A stretch of 64,000 nt of DNA, taken from NCBI GenBank assembly GCA_030704615.1, contig CM060731.1:16430001-16494000 (forward strand). Reading direction: 5' to 3'. Shown piece by piece: positions 41,015 through 52,200 of this stretch. Below the pieces are notes generated by a model, which was given only the letters and a program-made list of their open reading frames with translations, had not been told where the DNA came from and did no database searches. This DNA comes from Takakia lepidozioides (lineage: Eukaryota > Plantae > Bryophyta). Each line of letters opens with the position of its first letter. Positions within the stretch are counted from its first letter, which is position 1. The translations under genes and the position numbers were made by a program.

Positions 41015-43585
41015 GTGCCACCAGCTGCTGAGGGGAGTACCGGTACGAGCACCAGCGATACTAGTGGGTACACAAGACGAGGTGTGCGGTTTAGGCCACT
41101 TTCACCTTTAGTGTCTTCTGAGGAAGGTTCAGACTCGGAGTCAAGAGGATTCTCGCCAAGGGTGCAAGTCATTTCCATGCCATTGTTGTGGGACACGATG
41201 GAGGAGATGTATGGAGCTACCAAGGGGCCACGAAGGTACTCTGGAGCTATGGGCACCATCGAGCTTGATGACTTCATACAAGAGTTTGACAGTTGGTGTG
41301 ATTTGCAGCAAATGCGCAATCCACAATTGTTTACGCCCTTTATGGCATGGAAGGGGCTATTCCAGCACCTTGAGGGGCCGCCCATGGATGATTACCATGA
41401 ATTTAGGCGGGGACATGCGGTGGAGATTGAGGAGTAGCGAGAGTATTGGTCATCTAACTATGTCTCAATCACTAGAGGCACAAGGGCAGCGGTGACACCA
41501 GCAGCTACACAAACATCTCCAACTACAAGCACTAGTAGTGGGACAAGTGGTACAGGAGCTGGCAAATCCACTCAAGCTCCTGCTGCAGCACCAGCACCCG
41601 TGCCTGCCTTTAACCCAGTTGTGGAGTTCTTCGAGGAGTTGAGGAGAAACTACCAAGGGATAAGGACAGAGAAATTGCGGAGCTTGCAAGAGTTCCAACG
41701 AAGGTCTACTGAGAGTTTGAGGGAGGCTTACAATCGCATGAGGCGCTTGATAAACATAATCCAAGGGGTTACAGAAGCTCAGGCAGTCCAGTTCTGGTAT
41801 GGGATCCGGGACAACGAGCTGAGGAGAAGGGTGCAGGATGCAACTCTCCTACAAGTGGACTAACCCACCTTAGCAAACATGTTTTTGCTGGCAGAACGGA
41901 TAGAGCTCAATATGGTGGAGGAGCGAGTGGTCGTGGTGGGGTTTGGTAAGGAGACACGACAAAGCGGGGCTCCTAGCCAACAACAATCACTACCCCAACG
42001 TGCTCAAGGCAACAAGGGGGCTCAGACAAAGCCCAGGGAAGGACAAAGAGGATCTCAATTGCAGAGGTCACTTCCTTCATTCTCAGGCCAACAATAGTTG
42101 GGTGTGACATGTTGGGATTGTGGAGGACCCCATGTTAAGAGAGATTGCCCAGAGAGAGGCAAAGGGCCAGCACAGGCACAACCTACACAACCACAATGTG
42201 GGCATTGTGACAAGTATAGGCATGAGGAGGCCCATTGTTATGACTTGCATCTTGAGCTACGGCTAGGCCAGTTCCAAGGGAACAATGGTGGCCGAGGACA
42301 AGGCAATGTAGTCCAGAGAGGTAGAGGAGGCAGAGGTCGCGGTGGAGGTCGTAACCAAAACCAAGGAGCACAGGGTCAGGGTCAAGGTCATGACCAAGGC
42401 ATGGTGGATAGACTTGCCCAGCTAGAGCAACGTCTTGCTGCCATGGCCACTACTCATGTTGCGCCAGCTCCAAGGCTTGAGGTTCAAGCCCTACCTACAC
42501 AACCTCCTATGCCTAGGGAAGATCAGATTTGTATGGGCTTCATGTGTGGAGCCGCACTTGCAAGGCCATTGCATGTATTGGACTCTGCTGCTGCTGTCAC
42601 TCGAGTAGCAACGCGTGCTCCTAAGCCACGAGGAGCGGATGTGGATTTTGATCCACAAAGGGGGGAAACAAGTCATCAGACAAGGCTTCCACAGTCCTTT
42701 ACATTGGCTGAGACAGTGCCACCTACGCCATCAATGGCACCCGCTCGCCCAAGTGTGTCAGAGGTAGAGCCACGAATGTCATTGGGGAGAGTTGGTGTGG
42801 CTCGGGAAATGCCAGTGGGTGGTGCTGCAAAGCAAGGTGCAGCCAGTACATTGTTGGGGGCGGCTATGGCGGTTTGCCAAGCTCCATTATTTGCAATGAC
42901 CATTGCAATGTCGGGGATTCGGCCAGCTGCTGTGTTCAGACTAGCAGCTAGACTATGTGAGAGTGGTGATGCATCGGCACTATCTGCGGAGATAGCAGAT
43001 ACGGTGCAGTCTATGGATGCTTTGGATTCGAGGGTGAAGTCAGCCACAGCCGCGCCATGGCAAGCAGCAGCTGCAAGGTTGCAGGAGTTGCCAGCTAGAC
43101 CAGTCATTGAGCGTAGTATGGTGACTCCTGGGGTAGTCCTGGTGGACAATCAGGATGGTGTGTTTCAGTTGGGTGGCCCAGCCGAGAGGAGGTATAGGCC
43201 ACTGCGGGTCTTGTTGGACTCGGGAGCACAACCATTGATGTTGGGAAGAGCAACAATTGCAGGCTTGGGCCCTACAGAGGCAGATTTGGAGCCTTGCCCT
43301 TTCCAAATTCAAACATCTTTGGGCGGTTCAGAGAAGGCACGAGGGATTACACGCCATGAGCTCTTCATTCGATTGCAGCTGGATCATCCAACGGACGGCT
43401 CAGTCATAAGAGCTAAAGCCATTGTTACGGACGCGATGTCTTATGATGTGCTTGTTGGTGGGGCACTGTTATCCCCATGGGATTCACTGTGGATTTTTGG
43501 GAGGAAATGGCATCCTATATGCCGGAATGGCAGTCAGGAGATGGCCGACGTGCACTGCTCCCAGTGCGGTTTATTGGGAATGTAA
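41015..43585 (+). pseudogene. Gypsy gag + aspartic protease (one frame, broken by C>T-type stops)
   Basis: ORFs 41015, 41492, 41879 and 42098 share one frame; CWDCGGPHVKRDC and CGHCDKYRHEEAHC knuckles; LLDSGA and YDVLVGG protease motifs. Confidence 0.85.
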
Positions 43586-43899
43586 CGGTGGATCATAGGA
43601 ACATGATGCCCACATTGGCTGCATTCTCAGGGGTGGTGGCTTGGGGTGGTGAACTCTTGGAGGGAAATAGCCATGCAGATGATAGGCCATCACCTGGTGA
43701 GGACAAGCAATTGGCATACAAAGCTGATTTGTTTCCTCATGTGTCTGTGCATAGTCCACTGTGGGGTACGGTTGGGAATTTGCATCGAGTAGCAGGCGAG
43801 TGTGTGTACCAAACTTGGCAGGAGGCCTTTCCATTGGTGAGTGAGGGGAGTTCAGTGACATCACTTGGACCTCCTGAGTTAGCTCATTTGGACACAGTG

Positions 43900-44890
43900 C
43901 CCATTACCTGGCAACCACCTGACTCAGGGATTTGTTTGCTAGACTTGTTTGGCAGCATGAGCACTAGGCTTATAGGAGTATTGCAAGCAGAGATTAAAGT
44001 ACGCAAGTACTTGTATGTGGAGAAGGATGAGATAGCTTGGCGTATTTCTATGCGCCACATCGCCTTGCTCACACACCAGTATCCTGAATTGTTGCCTCTC
44101 TCAGCAATTCAAGGGTATCAAAAGGCCTTGCCAGCAGACATTACCTTGCTGGGGGTGGATGATTTGGACCGGCATGGTTCCATAGACTTGGTGATAGCTG
44201 GATGGCCTTGCCAAGGACACTCTCCCACAGGTCATGGGAATGGCTTGCATGATGCATGATCGCATTTGTTTTGGGAGATGTTGCGAGTGTTGCGTGACTT
44301 GCAGGTGTGGCAAGTGCAACCTCCAGCTTACATCCTGGAGAATGTGCCTCTCATGGGGGATTCTTGGGCCAGGGTTATGGCCAGTATGCATCAGATTCGG
44401 TCATGGATTCGACCAGCTGTATTGTTGGATGCAGCTGCAGTGGGTTCACGGGCACATAGGCCTAGGTTGTGGTGGACCAATCTTACACCAACAGAGTTGC
44501 TCAAGAGAGACTATGATTCCATTCAACGGCCACCCAACCTCACGGTTGAGGGCATTTTGGACTAAGGAAGGCAACCACAGAGGGTGCGACATGATGACCA
44601 TCCACCTCTAGCAGTGGTAAATCGAGTAGGGCAGCCACGTGCAGTCTTGCCTACGCTCATGAGCTTTCCCTCATCTCATGCTTTTAGAGACAATGGTCCT
44701 GGGTTGATTTGGGATAGTGTGCTACAGCAATTGGTGGAGCCCAATGCGGATGAGCAAGAGCGGGCAATGGGATTTGCCACGGGCACTACAGCTGTGCCAG
44801 CTCTGTCAACGACATCACAATGCCAGGTGTTGGGTCAAGACATGGATCTCAATTGCTTGACATGGATCATTGGCTTGTGCATGGCTGAGC
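43900..44890 (+). pseudogene. DNMT3-like C5 cytosine DNA methyltransferase domain within the Gypsy polyprotein
   Basis: Motif I LLDLFGSMS (~43936), II YVEKD, III ADIT, IV IDLVIAGWPCQGHS (44200-44214), VI YILENV (44338), VIII DAAAVGSRAHRPRLWWTN, IX EQERAMGFATGTT, X QVLGQDMD. ORFs 43477, 44266, 44584 and 45265 share one frame, separated only by TGA/TAA/TAG stops. Confidence 0.92.
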
Positions 44891-46019
44891 AACGGAGATT
44901 GCAAGCATTAGCGGCTACTTCTACACTTCTATTGGATATTGCACCATCTCTGCCAACCGGGACGGTGGAGGCAGTGAGTGGGGGCGAGCACAGGATCATG
45001 GGGTGCAAACACCCATGGCAGATGTGGGATGAGATGCGCAAAGAGAGAGTCATTGGATCTCTCAAGCAGCAGTATGAGGAGTGGGGAGAGCCATGGACTG
45101 AGGATCAGTTGGAGGCCAAGGTGGCCAAGGTTTTTGAAGAGGTTGAGAATGTTTCTTGCTCATAGGATGTTCTTAAGGTGGCTATGGCGGGGCAAGTGGA
45201 GGCTACGCCACGGTCAGATTGGGTGGACAAGACCCAAGAGGTTGCTATCTAGCAACCAAATGATTTGTCTCCTACCTCCAAGCCTGGTGTACCCAAGGTT
45301 GCAGTCACTGAGGACAATTGGGAGCCAGATGTTGGACCTACAGTCATCGGAGGAGAGAAACGGAGGATCCAGCGATTTTTAAGGGCTTATAGAAATTGCT
45401 TTGCCTTCGGTTTGAAGGATTTGGGGAGTTTGATGAGTCAAGAGATTCGTATTGATTTCCGGTTACCACCAGTTGCCAATCAAAGAGGCTGACAAGCAAA
45501 AGACGACATTCTAGGGGATTGACCAACATGGGAAGGATTGCTTGTACCAATGGCGGTTCCTACCATTTGGGTTGAAGAATGCTCCTGCAGAGTTTCAGAG
45601 GGTTATGGATAGGATTCTTGCAGGGCTAGACTTCGCCCATTGCTACATTGATGATATCATCATCTTTAGTGCCACGGTTGTGGAGCATGAGAAACACCTT
45701 CAGGTGGTGTTTGAGCGTTTGAGGGCGCATGGATTGAAACTGCACCCTGGAAAGTGCAAGTTGTTCCACGATCAGATTGAGTATCTAGGCCACATGATAT
45801 ACCTTGGAGGATTGGGTGTTCAAAAGACGAAGGTGGAGGCCATTGCACGCATTCCACGCCCCATCGATGTTAGCAGAGTTCGTGCTTTCATGGGGTTGGC
45901 AAACTATTATCGACGGTTTGTCAAGGGATTTAGCAGCATTGCAAAGGCTCTTACCAAGTTGACCAAGGTGGGTCAGGAGTGGCAGTGGGAGGAGGAGCAG
46001 GAGGAAGCCTTTGAGGAAC

Positions 46020-46980
46020 TGTCGAGCGGCTTTTACTCACCCATCCCTTCGTTATCCGAGGCGGAAACTCCAAGATAGAAGAGTTGGATATCTCTAAGCA
46101 CTCAGCCCGCTCAGAACAATCAGTCATGACCTGCAGCTAGTGAATCTTGGTTGTGCTTCCTATTTGTATTCCTTCCTGCCTTCATGTTATCAATTTACCT
46201 TACCGTGTATACTGAAGCATTAGATTGCTTCAGTATCTACTAAGTTCCAATTAATCATGCATTCATTCCACATTCTCTCGTGTCTCTCTACACAGTATGT
46301 TTGTATCGATTCAGTATCGGATTAAGATTAATCATGTATCATGCCTATGCCATGGTGTCTCTATTCTACCCTACTGTATAATTTTACAGCTTGCAATGAA
46401 CTAAGCCTCATTCAAGTCATCATCTCCTCTTCACTGTTTCCGCTCTCCGTTACATCTCCTCATCTCCTAAACAAGTCGCCCTCCTCCAGAAGTGATCCCC
46501 TTCATGTTGCCGCTCTGCCTAATCTACCCGCAAGCTGTTCTAACCACCTAACTAACTAACCGTCACCCCTGAAGTAACATGTTCCCTCTGCAGATGTTGT
46601 TCCCACACAGTCGTTCCCTGTTAATGATAACTGTTCCCCATGTACTGTGACAGGCTGTGTCAAGCTGTGCCGAGCTGTGACTGGCTGTGTAAAGTTGTGT
46701 CGGGTTGTGTGAAGCTGTGTCGGGCTGTGACTGGCTGTGCAAAGTTGTGTCGGGTTGTGTGAAGTTGTGTCGGGCTGTGACTGGCTGTGCGAAGCTGTGT
46801 CGGGCTGTGTCTGGCTGTGATAGACTGTGACGGGCTGTGTAAAGTTGTGTCGGGCTGTGTAACCCCCCTAAAGCCTGCTCCTGCCACCCCTAAGGCTCCT
46901 ATTGGTCTCAGTCTGCGTAAAAATTAAGGGTACCCCATAGAACCCATAAAAGCGTCTAAGTCCCAAGCAGCCCTCTAACA
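46020..46980. mobile_element. Solo LTR of an unrelated family inserted in the RT-RNase H junction
   Basis: TG...CA termini with a perfect 5-bp TSD GGAAC (46015-46019 and 46981-46985); the host frame resumes EELK/RLTSAPIL. Confidence 0.88.
46645..46862. repeat. 10-bp-unit minisatellite (ctggctgtga / cgggctgtgt / aaagttgtgt variants) inside the solo LTR
   Basis: About 20 tandem decamers, read directly. Confidence 0.85.
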
Positions 46981-48255
46981 GGAACTCAAGGTTCGATTGA
47001 CTTCTGCGCCTATTCTGAGGCAGCCTATTCGGGGGCGGTCTTTCCAGCTACATACGGATTGGAGTATGTTGGGGATTGGAGCAGTGCTCACACAGGTGGA
47101 TGATGAGGGAAGAGAGTTTGTAGTGGCATATGCTAGCCGCTCGAATAATGATGCCGAGGCGAAGTATAGTTCCTATGAAGGGGAGTGTCTAGTTGCAGTA
47201 TGGGCAGTGGCACATTTTAGATGCTACCTCTATGACAATCTCTTCACCCTTGTCACGGATCACCAACCATTGAAGTGGTTGATGGAGTCAGACAAGCTTA
47301 CAGGGAAGCTTGCACGGGGTGCTAAGGATATACATGAAGATGCAGCAGTGTTGGCCTACCTTTGTACTAGAGAGACAGCAGCCAGTGTGACTACTAAGGA
47401 GAGAGATCGGATCCTACAACGAGCCAAGAGGTTCAAGTGGGAGGGGACTCACCTACTCCGAGTATGGGAGGATGGACGAGTGAGGATTGTGCCTCACCCA
47501 ACACAACGAGTGCGATTGGTATGCCATGCCCATGAGGAGTTGGGACATTTTGGGGTGCGGCGCACTCATAGTTTGCTGCAAGGACAGTATTGGTGGCGGG
47601 GCATGCACATGGATGTGCAACAGTTAGTGGCAAGATGCATGGTGTGTGATAGAGTGCGGGCTTCTTTCAATGCCCCTACTCCACAATTGCATCCTTTACC
47701 CATTATGGGTTTGGGCTATCGTTGGAGTCTTGACTTCGTAGGCCCATTGTCACTAACTATTCGCCATAACAAGTATGTGCTGGTGATGGTGGAATATTTC
47801 TCCAAATGGATTGAACTGGTGGCATTGCCTGACAAAGCAAGTGAGGGGGCTGCATATGCATTCTTAGATCAAGTGCTTAGCCAATTTGGTGCTCCAGCCG
47901 AGGTACTCACGGACCAGGGGAGAGAGTTCTTGGGGGAGTTTCAGGCTTTGTGTGAGCCCAACACCGAAACACATTGGGGTACGCCACTATACGTGGAGGA
48001 GGAAATCGGCCAAGTGTTCGGCGTTTCCATCCTGGGGACTATGTGTATCTGTAGCAGACAGCGCCTGCAATCTTGGATGTCACAGCAAGTCGTGTGATTC
48101 TAAGGGTCCGGGAGGTGTTGCCTTCAGGAGTGTTGATTCTGGAGGGTCGAGATGGCATGGTATGGAAGGACCATGTGCGCAATTGTGCACCATGTCACCT
48201 TCCACATGTGGATGGGATGATAGATCCCAACCTTGCAATGGTACCTGCAGGGTTG

Positions 48256-48408
48256 CGTTGCATGCTATGTGGGCATGCTGGTGGTGCCACGACCATGTTG
48301 GTGTGTGACAAATGCTCAAGGGGGTGGCACATGGGATGCTTGACACCGCCACTTGAGGAGCTTCCTAGTGGAGAATGGTTGTGTCAACGATGCCTTGGAC
48401 AGAGGTAG
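48256..48408 (+). other. PHD finger at the C-terminus of Gypsy integrase
   Basis: CMLCGHAGGATTMLVCDKCSRGWHMGCLTPPLEELPSGEWLCQRC has the canonical C4HC3 pattern; also present, damaged, in copy A. Confidence 0.9.
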
Positions 48409-48665
48409 TGGGGCATGACAGTGGCGAGGTTGACAAGTGATCCAAGGTCTAGCTAACGGGAGTTCAATACCATGGACACCCAATTGAAGCCATGGATTGC
48501 AGGAAGACGAGTAACGATGGGGCTACTTTTGCACCCGGCCTCTTGATCTATTGCCTTCAGATACTGGGACTTGGGCAATTGATGACCAAGCGATGTTCTT
48601 ATTGGGATGGATACTTGTCAGCTATCCGGTGTTAGAGGGACCTAATCCCCAACTAGGGGGGCGAT

Positions 48666-49261
48666 TGTGGTATAGCTTTCTAGGATTGTGTGCTTAGATT
48701 GTGTGGTGGACAGCGATGTATGTTGTGGCACGATGCTTAGGTGCACGACAGCTGTCATGGTTTTAGTCATGGTTATCTAGAATTACCTACTTCTAGTTAA
48801 CTAGGACATTTTAGATATTTATATTTATATTTTGTGTGTTGGGACTTCATTTGGTCTCATATGCCAAGTAAGGTGTCGAGCCTCACTTGAGACATGGAGA
48901 TAGGTTTTCCCCTTGTGAGTGTTGAGGAGGCTCATCTTCTTGTAGTTGAGCCTCCATGAGCTTCTCTCACCCTCCATAGCTCTAGGTATTGAGAGGGAGT
49001 GTGTTGAGGGCTTTGTAGGGTGGATTCCTTTAGCAAAGGTGCCATTGGCTTGACTTAGTTTATGTGATAGAGTGGATTTCACTTGGAAGGACTAGGGCTT
49101 GTTCTTCATGTGATTGCTTCATGCTTTGAGAGCTTTCATTGTCTTCTACTTCTCTCATTTCTCATCTCTTATCCATTGTGGTATAGCTTTCTAGGATTGT
49201 GTGCTTAGATTGTGTGGTGGACAGCGATGTATGTTGTGGCACGATGCTTAGGTGCACGATA
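48666..49261 (+). repeat. 3' LTR of Gypsy copy B with two 85-bp direct repeats (48666-48750 and 49177-49261)
   Basis: Follows PPT ctagggggg; homologous to 3245-3786; terminal CA changed to TA. Confidence 0.85.
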
Positions 49262-49289
49262 CCTTTTTTTTTTTTTTTTTTTTTTTTTC

Positions 49290-52200
49290 CGTTGTTGCTC
49301 ACAAAAATAAACAAACCAAAAGGGAGAGAGGGTGCAGAAAAAATTAAAAAGATTGTACTCATAAGACGTTGTTTGCCGTAGCCTTGTGGCCATTGACCCC
49401 GCGCCCAGTTTGAGCGGAAACAAAAGGGACAGAACCTGCCTTTGTCAGGGGCTGACGTTGGTAGTAAGACTTATTAATCTGGGTTTTCCAGATATCCTCT
49501 AGAAATCCCTTCACACAAGCATCAATCTGCTGTGTGTGGTTTGCCCAATAACTAGGCCTCGGGAGGGCCTGGGCTTTTGGCTCAGCCTTGAAACTTTCAA
49601 AGTTGGTAAACAGAGGTATAGGCACAATTCCCTTGATAGATTTGAAAAGAGCATCTCTTTGGTGAGAGAACCCCGGACAATGTATCAGAAAATGAGTACT
49701 GTCTTCAGATTGCCCACACAACGGGCAATTGCACTCTCCCTTTGCTCTCTGCTTCTGTTTGTTGTTCAAAGGTAGGCTTCCTGCCCTGAGTTTAAATTTC
49801 AGTCTAGTGCCGAGAGTGGGTAGACCCTTGAGGTCACCCAAGATGTCCTCCCCCATGTCACTGACTATAAACAAGTTCAGGGAAGTTTTTTGCCTAACTT
49901 CATTTTCATCAGACAATCTCATGGCAACAGACATGGCTTGGGACACTACAGCCTCTAAGTCAGATTTATCAACCCATATTGCAGATCCGTACTCCAAGGC
50001 AGGTCTAATAATGCGACAAAGCATGGTTTTCTTAACCTCAGAGTTGACCCCTCTGCAGAAAAAGTTAAAAAGAGAGAGGGAGAGGGAAGATATTCATGTC
50101 ATGTCAAGACATGGACAAGACCCTACTAGGGTCAATGTCAATTAAAGACATAAACAGCCCATGACAGGGCACCATTTAACACTTCCAGTCTTGTCATAGC
50201 ACACCAAGTGACGACACCCGTTCGGTCATGATAAAACGGGGTGGGAGGGTGGGGTATATTCATAATCAGATTTTTGTCATGTACTCAAGTGACCCTCTTG
50301 CACAATATAAGTCAGATTGCAGCCTCAGATTATATCATCCATAGTTATCCATAAGATATGCATCATGCAAGATATCTTGGGCATATAAGAACTTCTTGCC
50401 ACATTACAGATCCAAGATATGTATACACAGGTACCTTGAAGTGATCCAAGACCAGCATTATGCAAGGTAGGTAAGAACAGCCTGCCCTACAACACATTCA
50501 GGGAATGTACAGTACACAGGCAACTAGAAGGACCAGTCTGCATTTCGGGCATGCCACCAAGTAAACTTCTTGGGCATGGCAAACCATATTGCAGCTTCAC
50601 ATTTGGCCAAATGTAAGTATCCCAAGGCGTGCATCATGCAAGGCCTTTTGGGTAGGTAAGAACAGCCTATTTTTGTACAGATTCAGGACCTGTGTACACA
50701 TGAATCTTGTTGGACCAGCCTGCAGTTAATCAGACTCCAAACATGCAACCAAGTGATCACATTGGGCATGACAAGACTGACTGCAACTTCATTCTTCATC
50801 ATGTACAGTTGCCCCAAGATATGCATCAAGTAAGGTATTTTGGCATGGAAGAAAGGCCTGCCCTGTCACAACATCCAGATATGGACACACATACAATTTG
50901 AGTGCCCAAGATCAAGCCCACTTGGCCATGATAAATCATACAATGCAGGTAGTTGTTCAGATGGCAAAATAAGGTAACTAATCACTGGCCAGAGTCCTTT
51001 AGAGCTTACTATCACTGGTTCCCAGGAGGCTAATGCCATGTTTTGCAAATAGAACCTCATTATGCTCCATTCCACATCAAATCCAGGTCTGAAAACGGCC
51101 TGTCATTGCCTTATCAGGCTGTCTTCTTTAAAAAAAACAGGCCTCCTCTTCCTTAGAGCCTAACAGCCACTGATGTCTTTACCCTTACACCATCAATCCT
51201 CTTTTAAGGCCAAAAATGTACCTAGTCTAAAAATCCACAGGCAAAGCTGTCAAAGATTCAAGACAGGGTAAGATTCACATGTTGTGCTGCAAGAGACAGG
51301 GCTGTCAGGCCGAAATGCTCCATCAACCGCAGCAAAAGATAAGTCAAAAGCAAGCATCATCATGTCAAACCGGGAGCAGGCGAGCTGAAATCGGGGCTGC
51401 GGGCAGCAGCAGTATGTTCATTTTGCTCACATCCTTATCTGCAGGCTCAAGAGAATTCAAAGCAAGTAGGGATCCTCACCTGGTCCCATCACAAGCCCCC
51501 ACAGAAACCAATGGGTTAGTGAGGATTGTGGAACCCCAGGTGAATCACAGACCCCTACACTTGTCATCGATGTCAACTAAGAACCTCAAAAACAAGAGAG
51601 AAAGACATGAAGTAAAAGGAACCCTAATCACCAAAAGCACCTTGAGCGATTGGGGAAGGTAACTGTGCGCCATCGCCATCGCCACCAGCAAGCCACCTCC
51701 AGCACAGCTAAGGAGAAGCGAAGCATACAAATGCTAGGTTTAAGAAGGGAGAGAGGGAGATATACTTCCCCACATAAGCGCCGCTGCGAAACATAAAAGC
51801 CAGAGGAGTGAAAGAGACGATGCCATCACAGCGGGGTCTCCCGCCTATGAGAAGAGACAAGACGCCGCCATTGCGCATCCCCAGGAGCTCGTCCGGCATG
51901 GGCACGAAGCAGCAGACAGGGTAGCAGCAGAGCTCAGACGCCATAACTCTCAGCCCGCGACCTCAGAAGCACGAGGAGTGTAGCTGACGGCGGGAGAGAC
52001 ACCCTAGGACAAAGCCCGATTTTTCATCCGCGGAGGATGAATAATCAACACCCTTTATCTCGAAAACCCGATGGATGTCATCCGTTAGCTAGGTTTAAAC
52101 AGTAGATTATAGGGTAGGGGTTAGGGTTTCACCCTGACAGGTAATTCATCATCCCCTAAGACAAGCCTCATCCAGTATGGAAAAAAAGGCATAAAGGAGG

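Larger units (their letters stand above)
40440..49261 (+). mobile_element. Ty3/Gypsy retrotransposon copy B with gag-PR-DNMT-RT-RH-INT-PHD architecture (5' LTR missing)
   Basis: gag from 41015 with two CCHC knuckles, protease VLLDSGAQP (~43208), C5-MTase 43900-44890, RT CYIDD (~45640), RNase H and integrase 46997-48060, PHD 48256-48393, PPT then LTR 48666-49261. Confidence 0.93.

Noticed and set aside
46660-46887. Repetitive HS/T-rich protein
   Set aside because: Translation artefact of the 10-bp minisatellite.
49262-49288. Poly(T) as the poly(A) tail of the adjacent minus-strand LINE
   Set aside because: The LINE's TSD places its 3' end at 49353; the T-tract corresponds to the pyrimidine tract at ~54383-54395 of the repeat unit.
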